Positions 13,754 to 28,701 of a stretch of DNA of 64,000 nt are shown piece by piece. The notes beneath the pieces are model-generated. The model was not told where the DNA came from and did no database searches. It saw only the letters and a program-made list of their open reading frames with translations. The stretch covers positions 1 through 64,000 of the forward strand of contig JALMLS010000369.1 in NCBI GenBank assembly GCA_038496445.1, in the 5' to 3' direction. This stretch comes from Trichosphaerium sp. ATCC 40318 (lineage: Eukaryota > Protista > Tubulinea). Each line of letters begins with the position of its first letter. The stretch's first letter is position 1. Made by a program: the position numbers and the translations under genes.

Positions 13754-16700
13754 TTACACCCAAGGACCCCATCCATGATACATTCTACAAAGCTTATCTG
13801 GATCTTGAGCTTCACATATAAGTTGTTGAACTTGTCCTGCAACACTTAGTGTCTCACCAAGCTCAAAACCTTGTAACTTTTGCTTCATTCGAAGCAATGT
13901 TCTCTCTGCATCTTTACTTCCTTGTTTAGAGTTCTTTGTGTCATCATTAGACTCCATTTCACCACTTGGCATATCAAGATCTTCTTCTTCATCTCTTTGA
14001 ATTTCAAGAGCCTGAAAGAAAAGAGAGGTTAAAACATATTAACAAAAGACAAGTCAAAGGTTATCACTATTTTACGTAATAACACAACCTTCATAGGGCT
14101 TACCTTGAAGTGAGAAAGGGCCCATTCATACAAAGGATCATAAACGAATACTTCTACAATAGTTAGAAGTGACTCATGTTGTGCACGAAGGACACCAAGA
14201 GTCTTTTCACAGCAACGTCTGAAAACGCCCTAAAAGAATTTATTAGCCTAGTGAAGTGCTATTGTAGTTTTCTGTACCTCAACGCCAGTAATACCCATTG
14301 CATCAACAAGATCTCTTGTTAATCTAAAAGGTACAACTTCTGGTGTACGCAGAGCTTTACCCTACAAGAAAGAAGAAAAAAGTGAGAAAAAAGTGCCAAA
14401 GAAAAGTCTTAGACGCGTACCTGATCGAACGCAACGCCTAAATCAATATGTACAAGTTCTGCAGAGTGTTCATCAATTAGTATATTTTGTGAATGACGAT
14501 CACCGAGGCCGATAGCGTAGCTTAATAAAGTGTTAACAGCCCGTAAAGTTTGTTTGGTTTTTTTGTGTTGAGAAGTCAAAATTTTAAAACGTACCCAACC
14601 ATAGAAGCAGCTGCTGCACTTCGTGTATAATTCAAACGCTTTTGAAACCACTGAGCAGGCTCTGGGAATTTTTCAAGAAAGAAGTGATGAAAGACAGGTT
14701 TAAAATTAGAACAAATCTCCTCATAGTACTCCATTTTACTATTAGAAGGAGCATCCGCTAAGTGCTTTCTACACTTTGTGTTGAGCCAATCTCTAGGGCG
14801 ATACCTAAAGACTATTAACGGAATACAGCACACTACAATGAATACGTACTTGTGATGTGCTGAAATTCGAGGATCACGTCGACCTATAAGCCAAGTACCA
14901 ATTGGAACAGTATTTTTCTGAGAAAAAATCAGTGGATTATTCTTGTGTGAACTAAGTACTTACGACCCATTCTAAGATTCCAGCAACTGGTGTCAGAGTA
15001 ATAATCTTATAACTTCGTATACGAAGCCTTCTCTTTCTCGTTTCTAGAGAATATTAGGTATCAGCTAAGAGTCGTTTTTTCAGCTTACCAGCGTTTTGCT
15101 TCAATAAGATATTTACCATTTCGAAGAGTTGCTGCATGACAGCATCTTGACGAGTATCATCTCTACCCTTTACAAGTTGCTTATATTTTACATTATCAGA
15201 ACCTATACAATCAACTACTTTGGGCAAGTTGACACCACCTAAAACCTCTTAACTCTTGAACCAAGAACTGAATTCATGAAAGAAAAAAAAACGTACCAAC
15301 CAAACTGAAGGTTTTGACGAAGGCCTTAATATACGGAAATTCCCCACCTGGTTTTAAATTATATGTAGTTACAGGTATACCCTCCAAGTTTTTTATCTGC
15401 TTTATAGCCACCTTCTACACATCGTCATGTAAGTCCAAAAAAAATGGAAGAAAGAAAAAAAACTGTTAGTGATTTGTATCGTACTGTTGGTATATTAAAA
15501 GTTGACTGTTTGGACTTCTTATACTTACTCGCATCCCACATTGCAAGTTCAATATACGCCTAAAATATATTAAATAAACATAGAGCCTTGAGATTATAAA
15601 AATCACGTGATAGCAAACAGGTTTATTTGCCGAGAAAAAAAAGGTACCTGAGTAAGGTTACTCAATGAGTCTACAAGTGGCTTATGAGTTGTGTTACGCA
15701 TAGCCTTTAAAATATTCTTTGCAGCATTTATTTTATCGGGATCTTTTTCAAACCTAAGCAACCATTAGTTTGTTGTTTTTATGAATGAAGCTAAGGTTGG
15801 AATGACTTACTGGTGATTTCTGCGCATAGGACCTACTTTGTCTCCATTACTTAACGCTATTATTTGATACAGAGAGTGATGCGGATATCTATAAACGACA
15901 CGTTTTATAATAGAACCGAGTAATGCCTTCCAAAAGTAAGTAAGTGGCAATGAATGTCAATTCTTACCTGAAATTCAGTCTTTGCTGTACTAACGCGAGA
16001 AGCAATTTGATAGAACAGAGGCAAGAACTTGTGAGATGGCACCTGCTTGACCTCTTTTTTAACAATAGCATTAATAGCAGGTTTATCATTACTGAACCAA
16101 AGAGAACAGAATCGAAACATCGCTTGAACATCATATTTTGCGCCATGTTGAAGACTCTTTAAGTAATACTGAACAGCATCACTTAAATACTCTTCCTTAT
16201 TCTTTTGTATCTGAGACTCTTGGTTGTTGACATTAATAACCTTTTCTTGTCTTTTTATCAACCCCATAATCTCAACACGCAGCTTTTGTGAAATCTTCTG
16301 GTTAAGCATATTCTGATACTTAATACACTCTCGTTTCTGTTAAAAAACAATATTTAGCTTTGACAGAAAAAGCGGGGCTGGTACTCTCTTACCTTGGCTT
16401 CTCTAAGCTTTATACTGTTTTGCCATTCCTCAGATTTAAGCTTTTCTATTACTGTCTTGTACATGTGATCAGCGAACTTTGCAAGCTTGAAGTAACCTAA
16501 AAAGATAAGAAAATACTAATTAGTTCCAGTGTATTACCTTTGCAAACGTTTCCTTTACTCTTTTCGTACAAAGCCATCGCTGGCTTTAGACAATCATCCA
16601 GTATAACTCTCGAGCTTTCAGAATTGGTTTGACCTTGCCATGTACCAGACAAGCACAGAACATCAGCGTGAAACTTTCTAATTCTCTGAGTCTCACGTTT

Positions 16701-19700
16701 GTTTGGAGAACTCAAATTTGTTCGTTGTAGGTCTTCAACAAGTTGTTTGGTAAGCTTTACTGCTTTAGTTTGCTCGTTTTTGGCCCACAGAAGCTTGGCT
16801 TCTTCAACACATGACATGTAATCATCCAAAGAGTTACCACCTCTTCAACAACAATTAATACAAGGAAATGGCTTGAAGCTTACGGTGATAGCAGTTTTAA
16901 TTGATATGAAGCTTCGGTAGCACGCTGAAGTCTCCCTGCCTTTCTAGCCACACGAGCAAATGATCTGTTGATGTAATAGTTAATAAATATAGATAGAGCG
17001 AGTTGTACCTCAAGTGTGGCTTCAAGTGATCGGAACGTCCCAAAATATTTAGCAATACACCTCTCAATGCGAATATTGGTTCCATTAGTTCAAAGTTACC
17101 TCCCATTGGTGCATCCATTCTCCAGCTCCTAATGTTTGTAAATAAAAATATTATTATGTAAGGGTGTTAAGGAACATACTCAACAAGTTTCGCCATTTCT
17201 GGATTAGTTGGAACAGAGTAATTTTCTAATCGTTCGTCCCTAAACAAATAAGTGTTATCTCTCTTGGAATACTAGTGGGTTTTTTAGTTACCAACTACTA
17301 GTACTGCCGCTACTAAATGTAGTTTTAAGAATACTTGACTCTGATAAGCGTGGCTTAGAGTCTTTCCACCTCAAGAGCCAAGCATCTTCAATGTCATTAA
17401 AGAACTGTAACTTTGCTAGAACAGGATAAATACTTTTCGTGCTTTCAACACTCGTTAGACCTATTAGCAGTCAGTGACAGTTAGAGGACAATATCATACC
17501 GAGTGCTGTGACTAAGTGTAATCGTATAGCTCTAATTGTGTCCCAAAAAACACGTGGTGCGCCCTCTTTCAAAGCTTGCAAACATTTATGACCAGCTTCA
17601 TTGAAACCAATGTCTCCTTGTATTTGTGAAGGCTGCTCAAGGTCCCAATTACAGCAACGCCATGCTTGCTCATATTGAAACTCAGAAATACTATTGTCGC
17701 TACCACCAGATACCTCAGAGGCATAACCATTGAGGTAAATAGAGGCAAGATGATGATAACCCAAGTAGTTCAGAGAATTTATCAGCTGAGTATGTAGAGT
17801 CGCTTTGTTAAGAGTATTGTAGACGTGACTGCCTAATCTTGATTCGGTGCTATCTCTCCGATTTTTAGACGATATTTTCCCGGTTGGAAATTGTCCAAGC
17901 AAGGTGCTAAAACGTCCTAAAAGCTTAGACCAATCGCCCTAAGTGAAGTTAACAAAACGCAAAAGGTGTGCCAAGAAAATAATGTACCTCATGTTGGTAA
18001 AGCTTAATCTCTGCTGTAACATCTCTGTAATCATGATCTAAGCCATAGATACTATCTTTAATAATCATCAGATAAATATATTACATAGTTGCTATAGCAT
18101 AAAGAGCAGACGTACCAGGCTCATTTATATTTGTAAAAATTTGAGTTAATAGGTGTTTAATAACATGACATTCTTTTTGCTCAGGTTGGGGAAGTTGTAG
18201 AACACCAAACTGGCGTTCGCACCTACATGAAGTATTAACAAATAATGATGTTAAGTAACGGCTTAAAGAGGAGCGTACCATAGTTCAGCATAAAGGAGTG
18301 AAGTGAAGAAGGCAGAACTACGCTGGCTAGCTCTAGCAACCTGAAGGAAGTCTAGCTCGTTCCAGAAAGTAAGCAACCACAACAGTGGAGTAGGCTTCTT
18401 AGTTCGCTTTGCAAGTAGATCTGCGTATTCACCCTAAGGAAATGGCGTTAAAAGATAGTAAGAAAAGGAAAAAAGCGTACATTTATGAACATATTTACAG
18501 TCTTATGGCGTAAGAAATTTAGTGCTTTTATAACTGACTGAACAACAGGCAAGTTATCATTCTCTTTACACAATACATACTCATTCAAGTACGCAGCCAT
18601 ATCTTAATGCAAACTGTTAGATAACAACAGCTAATACTATACTATGCGTACTATCAAAGTTGTCCAAAAATAAGCAGTGTACTACAGCAACAAAGTTAGG
18701 TAGAAACCTAGATGATAACCAACGTACAAATGTGTTTAAAAATAAATTCAGCAAACCCAGCATTGTGCTTACAAAGCTGTGTTGTTAAGCGCATCACTTC
18801 GTCATTTACAACGTTTGAAGTAAGGACATGTGTTAAATTAGAAATCCATCTTGTGAATGTTTTCCCACGTGGATTCCACAATAGAGGAGACGCCACATCA
18901 GAAGGAACAATCTGAGGCTTCTAATCAAATATATAAATATACAGGATTGTATTGCGTTGCTGGTTGTAAGGCGATAATACCTTGACAGTTTGACGTTTTT
19001 TTGATGCTCTCCATGGACTACAGTATCTTTGCGTAGCTTCATCTAAGTATGTCAAAGCTTCACGTCCTGATTTAGTATGTAAAATAGCGCATATGCATTC
19101 CTGTGCTGAACGGATGATATCAACATCCGCATCGATAAGATAAGTGTTTAAACGGTTCAAGATGCTGACCTTCAAAGAAACATTAGGTCATGTAGACATG
19201 TTTAAATTCTCACCTTAGCCAATAAAAATCTTCCTTTCGAATTGGCAACTACAATATCTTGACTGTCCTTGTTGATCGTAAATGCAACAGCATGAGGATC
19301 TACAAGACCTATTTCGCCTAGCACTTCACCAGCAACTGTTTTTACTTCATCTACATTTTGAGGAGCACATAATTGAACCTTTTGACTTTACATTAGCTTT
19401 GTTGATTGATCAAAAACAAAGACTTACCAGGCTCCAAATTAACCGTATTACACTCTGCCTCTCTTCCGAATCGTTACTTTGAAGCATTCCATAAAGTTGG
19501 TCTTTTCTATTGCGTATTCGGGCTTTTAAATGCCTATCAAAGTTAACAACATTGTTGTAAAAAAAAAGTTGTATCACCTTAGCCCTGCGAGGCGACTTAA
19601 CGGATTACTCTGCCTTGCTGTGCTAGACTTAACGTATCTATCTATTTCTATGGCTAGAGTCATATCACCTCGTAACGAGTTATATTTCTAAACATCTATT

Positions 19701-22700
19701 AACTTGAATTTTATGCTGACATTCGCACGTGATTAAATTTTTTGAAAACATCACTATCCGGAAAAGGATCTAATTTCTGCACATATTTGTTGATACTCTC
19801 ACAGTCAATAATAAGGGATTTCAGAAGCTGTAGTGCTTGTTTCTTGTGGTCGTTGTTTGTGTCCTCAACAAGAGCTACAAGTGCTGTTGTTATAAATGCA
19901 AGCTGCCTCCCGAGTTCTTCACTGTTGAACTTGTTTGCTACTTGGCATACTCGTGTTAAAAGGTCTAATGCAGGAGCTCTAAGCTCTGTGTATACGACGA
20001 TACATTTTGTTGTTATATGTACAATATCTAAAAGAGTTATAAGCGGTAACATTCTTCTACAGCTACAATTGAGCTTACCGCGTAAAACATGTGGCTTAAC
20101 TACAACTTCTTCAAGCATATCAACCCAAAAATCAAGCACTTTAAAGAATCTCATACGTTCTTGAGTACGATTACACTTGGATATACGTGTGTTTAAGTGT
20201 AAATTAATTTTAGAAATAAGAGATCTACATAATACAATCAAACAATCAACCAACCACCGCAGCAAAAAAACAAAAAGAATACCTTGTTTTTTCTAGTAGC
20301 GCTGTAATAGTAGGATACTTGAATCCTTTCTGAAGATGCTTGATAGTTTCTCTTATAGCGTATGTTGTGTAACGTGGTGGCTCAGGTGCATCATCATCAT
20401 TCTTAGGAAAAAAATAAGAAATATTTATGAGGTTACTTGTGAAGGTACCATCTCGCTATCCAAAGAAGGATGCGCTAGAGTTAATAGCGTTAAACAAATA
20501 TCATCAAGCTTCTTTGGTATTAATTCGTTCATTTTTTTTGCAGGCAAGAAATCTTGAAGGAACTGCTGGCAAACCAAGTCGCCTTGTTTTTTACTCTTTG
20601 TGTAGTAAAGCGGAAATGTGTAAGCGAAAATAACAGCAAAGTGTTCTCTAAAAAACAACAGTCAGCAAGGAGAATTAAAACAGAATAAAAACAGTACGTG
20701 ACAAGCATTGTAGGATCTTGTTCGAGACATTCTCCAATACGTGACAATGTATCTCTATCACGTAGTAGCATAACACGAGGCATAAGAACTTCAATATAAT
20801 CTCTAGCAAAATCCTGGACTGAATTCTTGTTCCAAAGATGTATGGGAAAAACATCTATTGATTGTTTGGAAAATTTATCAACAATAGGATGCAACCAACC
20901 GCTAAAAAGCTCTCCAAGATATAAATCAAGAAGCTCAACCTGAGGTGAACCAAACAGTTAGTTTCTGGAAAAAAATATCACGTGATCACGCACAGAACTA
21001 GGTAGATTTAAAGCCTTAGCCAGATGGTTTATAATAGCAGGAATCATTTTGCTCGTATCTAAAAAAATGAGACTCAACTCATTTGTTATGTACTACCTTC
21101 TGTGATGGCGTATTGGAGCAAATAGTAAAGGATGAGATGCTCAATTTCGTGACTAGATATAGCAATTTCTACTAGTGTGAGCAAAGCTGTGAACTTTAAT
21201 TCTTCTGACCACTCGCCTAAATTTTTTTAGAACTAAAGAAATACAATTGAAGCTTACCATCTAACAATTTGCCAATGTGAGCAAAAATTGAGTCAAATAC
21301 AGCTTGTTTATCTTCATAAAGCTCAAAGAATACTGTGGCTGCCTTTGCTGCAGTCTTACGAACACAAACGTGAGAATCGCACAGAAGACCCAATACAACA
21401 TTCGATAGTCTGTCATCATCGTAAGTAACAACGTCATGTTGGATTAACTGAGGTAACGATTCTACATGTAGGATATTAATAACAAGTTACTAAGAACACT
21501 GTTTACCTGTCAATTGTTGTCTTGTCTTCCAATCTAATTGATCTTTTTTCCATGATCCGGTAATAGCATCTAAGATTGCGATACATACTTTAACAACGCC
21601 ATCAAAAAGTTGAACTCTTTGTTTTGATGCTTTAGAAAGCATTGATGATATCTGCTGTATAAAATCTATCGCTCCACAAATCACTCGTTGATTGTATTGC
21701 AAATCACGTCGCTTTAACAAACGTCCAGTGGCTTGGATCTAAGGAAATACATCAAAACCAAACCACAACAAGCAAAAAAACAACGTACTGCGTTAAGTAT
21801 AGCCGGTGCTTTACTGTCGCTTATTACTGTATCTGTAATAAGAAAAAACAAATCTGGGACTCTTATGAGACTAACAAGGCTTGATACAAGTTTATAGAGT
21901 CCTAGTGCGTTTGCCAGTGGATGATGATTTTTTACAAGTACTAGTATTCTAATACATGTATCTACAATATCTTGGCTATATTCATTATCAATGTCATTCA
22001 CATCAAGCTTAAAAAGAAACATTAAAACAACAGCCACGTTGTAACCAAAAAGTAAAATCACCGTACTTCAATGTCTACATCCATCATAGCATCTCTATCT
22101 TGGGAAGGTTTATCAAACGTACTAAGTTAAAAGATAAGCAAAAAGTTGAGTTGATATCTAATAACCTGTTTATCTGTTGTGTTTGGTTAGACCCCTTCTC
22201 AACTTCAACCTTTAGTAGTTTCTTAACACTCATTAACAAAGGTTTTAAAGGCGCCATACTACCATGAAGAGAACACCATTTGTTAACAAGGGCTTTAACG
22301 TTTAACAAATACGTTAATAACGCCTGCCTATCACTTTGAAGATGTGATACAGCTGGTTCTAAAAACTCTACAAGCCTATCTAAAAGTTGCTGTTCGAGTA
22401 TATCAAACACTGGAGGGCACTTATTACCAAGTTGATTCTTCACTCGTATCATGAACGAGACCATCAACTAAAATTGTAAATTAGTCACGTGGTATATTTG
22501 TTGAAGTACCTGAGAGTGAAGCAACAGATTATCAAGAACAGATGAGAATTTACCTATATCAACACCAACTGTTTTATGCTTGTTGATTAAAGAGTTACCA
22601 CGATCAAGGAGATCGTTCGTAAGTCGTGTAAATCTGTTTACAGCGAAAGTTTGTAATTGCGTTTTAAGACCTTCTGGTATTTTCGATCGTTGCATACGAT

Positions 22701-25700
22701 GACACATTGAAAAACAACCGTGATGTTGTGGACGAAAATATTTACACTCATGGTTATTGAAAGGGTGCAAATAGCTATACATAACGCTGTGTGTAGCAAC
22801 CTACAACGTGTAAACATTTGACCTTTCTAACTGTCGGAAGAAAGGAATCTCACCTCTGCTAGTTGCTCTTCAACAGTACGTTCAGGGTTTTCGAAACCAG
22901 TAAGCAATGCCTTGGATATACCAAAATCAGTGGATATGTACATATGTTCTCTTGATTCTACTGACGTTGCTACCATAACGTTTTGCTCTTCTTCGCTCCT
23001 AATAAATAACGTTAGGTTAAGATATAGATTATCATGTGACTAACGGAGAAATGCTATCGCGTTGAGTGGCAGGAAACATGGAGTGCCATTGAGTAGGTGT
23101 TGTAGGAGTATTATCGGTTGATATTTCTACAGGAGAGGCATCGCTACCAACGGGCCCAATTAACTGAAATATTACTTCTGACACTAAATCAGCGAAACTA
23201 ATATAAACGTTACAAGAGCTCCAAGTCCTTGTACGTACTCCTCTATTTTCTTCTCGTGTTTATGTGTACTGGTGTAAACGCTTTGTATGCATCCAAATAA
23301 CCAACCAAGAAGCCTCTGCCTCTGACACTCGTTCCTAGAGCTATCTAGAACTTCCCTACAACCATTTAGGACGAGACCAAAGTGTCTTAAACTAACCTTA
23401 TATCATAGCGCTCTATGAAAGATATAAGGAACTTCGCAGCATTCCATGAACACTCAGGATCATAGTCATTGAAAACGAATAGTTTCCAGACTGTATCTTG
23501 TTCCACATTAAGTACCGATGGTGAAAGTAATTCCCACATCACTATGTCTCGCAAAACTGTACAAGAAGCAGTTAGACAAGTTGGATACTAATGTCAATCT
23601 TATTGCCTACCACTGAGTCCATGTCCAGCAACCAATGCCGTTGTATGAGAGACTTTCAGAATAACTGCATTCCAAGCACGTACCCAACAAGATTCTGTAT
23701 CAACATCTAACATTGTGAGGACAAAAAATAACAACAAGTTCACTCGTACCTGACAAGTCACTATTCGCAATACTCTTTTGTATCCATAAAGCTGAAGACT
23801 GTGCCAAACTGGAGAAACATTGAAGGATCCAAATCTCAATAGGAGGGCCATCTTTTACACTAAAAGAAAACAAAAATCAACCAACAAGCTTTTCAAAAAA
23901 AAACACTACCGTTCTATCAAAGGCACGAAGTCATTTATCCATCGCAGAATAATAGCACGTTCAAATAAAAAAGGATGCTTTCCCACAAGTACAGCGAATA
24001 ATTGAAGCCAAGGAAGTAGCTCATTGTATGAGTTATTTTGGCGTTTCTGAAATAACTTATCATTTAGAAGCTCTGGAATAGATTGCAGCCTTCAATTAAA
24101 CCTGCATAAGCAACACTTGATAACACGCAACCCAAAACGTACCGCCTCTTTTTGGAAACGTGTGAATCAGCACTACCAGTATCACTTAGTGAAACCCTTG
24201 CAATAGTGTTTTCATTCCCATGAATCTAAAAAGACACTTAAAGACGCAGACAAATACAAAGGATGGTACTAACCATTGAAAGTACTTGCGCTGCCATACA
24301 CATAAAGGTGCTTGTATAATAATCCATTGCTACAGCTGAACCACTTCCTGATGATCTAAACTTACGAAGTTGAGAACTTGACATTGCTTTCATCTCGTTC
24401 AAGATTGCAGCGTAAACATCACCTAGGACTTGTTATTAATAAACATCTACATTAGTCAAAAACTCACCAACACTAGCAAGTCGTTCCATATCTCCACTTG
24501 GTGTCACACAAGCGGATAGCTGAAGTCTAAAGTATTGCACTATTTCATGCTTTAAAAACTACGTAAGCAATGCGCTTTTATGCAGCTTGATGGGAGCACC
24601 TTGACATTCGTCATACGTGCGGTCTTAAAGTGAGATATCATATCTGAGTTTAGGATTTCGCCTAGTTTACGGATAACGCTTCTATCATTGACAGCCCACT
24701 TTCTCATACAGAAATTCATCACCTTTAAAATACATGCTGTTGCTGTGTTATCTTGCCTATTGTCTTTCATAAATGATTATGCCTTGAAAGTGATTACGTA
24801 CATAGAGTCTCTACACCATACTACAAAAAACTTTTGAAGTTTTTTAGCAACATTGAGTCGTTCAAATCGAGAAAATCGAATTAAGTCATAAAGCATCTCT
24901 CCAAGAGCACTTGGACTTGTTGTTCCATTCAATTGAAGTAATTCTGTTAAATACAATGATATCATTTCTACAATAAGAACATCAGTATATGATTGTTTAA
25001 GCACAAAAGAATATTGACAATTTTTTTTTTTTGAGTAGAATGTCATCATCATTTTGACACTTTGTTCGCAATTTTTTTTTTTGACGTGCCTCCAAAGTTT
25101 TTAGGACTTATTTTACGACAATACTCTGGTACTTTTAAAATAAGATCACGTATAATGTATCTATAATCGCTCTCAAAGTTTGAGAATATGAAGTCTTCAC
25201 TCAGGCCAATAATAAGCCTTGTAACCAACCTGATAACAAAAAATCAGTGAGCGAACAACAAATTTAGATATGCTTTTTTCCACTTACACATCAATTATAT
25301 CAAACAAAGTTGGCTTTCCTACAAACCACTTAATGTCGTACTTTAATAATATAGCATTTAGAGCGTACGTTGTTCTGCTATTTTCCAGATTACTTTGACA
25401 TCATTAAAAATCTCGGAAAACTGCTTCTTACTTCCTATTTAATATTTGTTACGCTATTGCATATTTTGATGGGTCGATTCGTTAAGGTTTGAGTCAGAAA
25501 CGTTGGAATTATTTTCAAAAATAACGTACTAGCAGTGTCTTTGCCATAAATACGCTTTCTTTCAACTTCAAGTGCGACTACAGCGGTATCTACAACATCG
25601 TGCCATGTAACATGTCCTGTAGAAAGAAAGTTAATGCGCGGGAGGTTTAAAACAAGTGAGGATTTAAATCAAAGCGTCTAGTACGCATGCGAACGACAAC

Positions 25701-25957
25701 GACAAAGTTAATTACTATCTTAGCATTAATAAATTGTGCTATGGGTACCTGAACCTCTTCGCTTCTCTATTAAGCTTGCAGTTGTGGTGTCTAGCTGAGT
25801 TACGGCTTTTGATTGTTTCAAAAGGTCAACTAACTGGCCTAGTGTATCCTACAACGGTTTTAGCGCGAAAACGATGCTGGTGGTGTTCAACCTTTCTCTC
25901 TTTTATTTTTTTCGTTGTTTTAATAAGTAGACAGTGATCCTCAATATCTTGTAACAT
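13754..25957 (-). CDS. ATM: Serine/threonine kinase ATM/Tel1 (PIKK), many exons
   Basis: N-terminal TAN-like [25 protein letters not shown] region ([26 protein letters not shown]). Kinase motifs [73 protein letters not shown]...MYHGWGPWV-stop. Confidence 0.96.
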
Positions 25958-26090
25958 TCATGGCGCGTTGAAGTTGTCGTGTGACACTCAGCCAAAATCG
26001 CGAAATTTCTTACATTTCTACAGGCAATAGTTTAAACTCACCAACAATATATACTGGCGCAACTAAAACCTTTGGCGGATTGAATTTGCG
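25958..26090. promoter_or_regulatory. Probable bidirectional promoter between ATM and the PPR gene
   Basis: Only ~133 bp separate the divergent inferred start codons (25957 minus, 26091 plus). Confidence 0.55.
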
Positions 26091-28311
26091 ATGCTACGGC
26101 CAGCTGTTCGTTATTCTGTACAAAGTCGGCTGCGGTGTCGACAACGCGTACGTATCGCGCTAATTAGAACGTACAGAGCCATCGAGCTTACTTTTCTCAG
26201 GTTTGTACCAAAAGATATTATTCTACCCCTGGAGAGCTTCAAAACAGGCCCAAAACGCATCTAGCTGCAAAATTTGGAAAAATTGCCAAGGCATCAATAG
26301 CTCCCCTAAAAGGTTCGCCAAACGCTTAATTTTACTTTAGCGTTACTAATTACGTATGCAGAACGAACGCTACTATCTTACAAAATCGCTAAAAAAAACG
26401 GACTATCAACACATTTAAGCGCGTTTCCGAAGGCGATGATTACCTTGAAAGACTTTGCGCTCGCTGCTTCTGAGTTCGAAGAGCTCTCCAAAATCACAAA
26501 AGTCAATTTATTGGCAATCAATATAATGATCGATTTAGCTCCTTCACCAGAAAAAGCAGACGAGTACTACGCCAAAATTAAAGAAAATGGGTTCGAATCG
26601 ACGCACAGAACGTACAGAAACTTAATCAAAGTATACGGCGCTGCCCAGCAGCTCGATCGTTGCAAAGAAGTGTTTGATTTAGCGTCAAAGGAGGGACACG
26701 CAACTCCTTATGTATGCAATGAGCTTATTGACGTTTTATTGAAAGATAACAAGATAGAAGAAGCAAAGAAGATATTAGATAACATGAAGCATACTTGCTC
26801 ACCGAACACTACAACTTTTAACACTTTTATCAAATATTTCGTTGAACAGAACGAGGTCAAAACAGCTTTATCATTTTTTTTCGATATGAAGGTTAAGGAA
26901 GTAAAAGCTGATCCAGTAACATTCTCTTTGCTTATGAGAGTTACTGACGAACCAGAAAAGATACTGCAGGAGATGGAATCCGTTGGTCTTGAACCAGATT
27001 TATCTCTTTTTACTTCTATTATGCTTGTTTACAAGAGAAGACGCAATTTAAAGAAAGCACTGTGGATATTCAAACACATGAAAGATCAAAATATAGTACC
27101 TGATGTTATAGCATATAACTCTGCTATAGATATATCACACATAATGGGTGACTTCAAGGGTGTTAAAACTCTATATGAGGATATGATAACTAATGGTGTT
27201 AAACCTGATTTGCATCTTTATTTTACTTTATTGACAGCTTGTGAGCGTACTAAAGAGATGGAGTTGTTTAAGTCTGTATTTAATGAAATGAGGAAACGAT
27301 ATGATCCAAAAACAACATTAAAGGATAAACAGCGTGACTATACTAGGCTTATTAGAATGTATAATATCGTAAAAGAACCACAGAGTGCAATAGAAGTTTA
27401 CAACTTAATGCTAGAAAGAAATGTAGAGCCAATAATCGTTACTTACAATAGTGTCATCAAGTCATATGGTATTATGGGAAAATACGGAAAAATGATAGAA
27501 CAAGTAAGGGTCATAATGTCTAAAGGGTTACAAATAGACGTACGTTCACAGGCGAGAAAAAAGCCAAGAACTGTTTTGGGGTTATTTTTTATCCTTTTTT
27601 TTATCATTGCCCTTATCTTTTGTTTTCTAGAATTATACGTATGGGTTTATTGCTCAACCACTCCGTGGTGCAGAGCCTCCAATTGTTCTTGGTGTTATTG
27701 AAGACCTCAAATCACTTGGTGCTAAGCCTCATATACTTCTTTATAACTCATTATTGATGTCATACAATAAGGATGGCGATTTTAAAAAAGCAATAGAAGT
27801 CAGTGATATTGTATCCAATCTAGGTCTTCAACCAACAGAGCACTTCTGTAATACTCTTATTGGTATATACGTGAAACTAAGAGATGTTGATGGAGCAAGA
27901 AAAGTACTTAACCAGGCTATTGAAATTGGATTACCTAGAGTTATTATTTCGTTTAATCAGGTAATTAAACTGTACAGCGAGCTAGAACGTTATGATGATA
28001 TTGTTAAAATGCTAGTGGAGATGTCAGAACATGGTGTAACACCTGATGCTGTTACTTACAATTACTTATTCAGTGCTTGGGAGCCACATATGCAACCAGC
28101 GAAGGCGTTGGATGTCTTTTATGAAATGAAATCGAAAGAAATTCCAATGGATAGTGTCACTTATAGCTGTATTATAAAAGAACTACTGGATGCTAAGGCT
28201 TATCCCAAAGTCAAAGAGTTTATTAGAGAGATGAAACTTAATGGCATAAAGCCTGAGGAAGATCTCAAAAATATGTTAATTAGGCACAAAATACGATTTG
28301 AAGACAAATAA
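26091..28311 (+). CDS. Pentatricopeptide repeat (P-type PPR) protein, probably mitochondrial; 4 exons
   Basis: Tandem 35-aa repeats (PNTTTFNTFIK, PDVIAYNSAI, PIIVTYNSVIKSY, PDAVTYNYL). Arg-rich presequence MLRPAVRYSVQSRLRCRQR...KRYYST. GT-AG introns near 26148-26200, 26313-26361 and 27540-27630. Confidence 0.92.
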
Positions 28312-28701
28312 ATTACAATGTTTACCATACTGTACTTAGATAACTAGCATAAGTCCCGCGAGGTTCCTATTTATTGGTTCAAAACGAAAATTAACCAATC
28401 ACATTGGAAGCAGAATAGTTCTCATAGTGTAGATATGAAACATAAATAAGTCCTTTAAAATGGCATACACTGCGTTCATCTCATTCCCATATCATTTTAA
28501 ATGGTTAAACTTGTGAACATTTCTGGTTCTTTAGGTCAACTCTTATTGCTGTTTCCTACCCATTTCCATTTTAATAAATTTTGTTAGGCCACGCGACAAC
28601 TTATTTCAGAAAAACAAAAAAACTCGGGCAATTATTTCCGAGACTATCGCGGTACACATTTGAAACAAGCGCTAAGCAAGAAAGTTCATTCGAAAAAGAC
28701 G

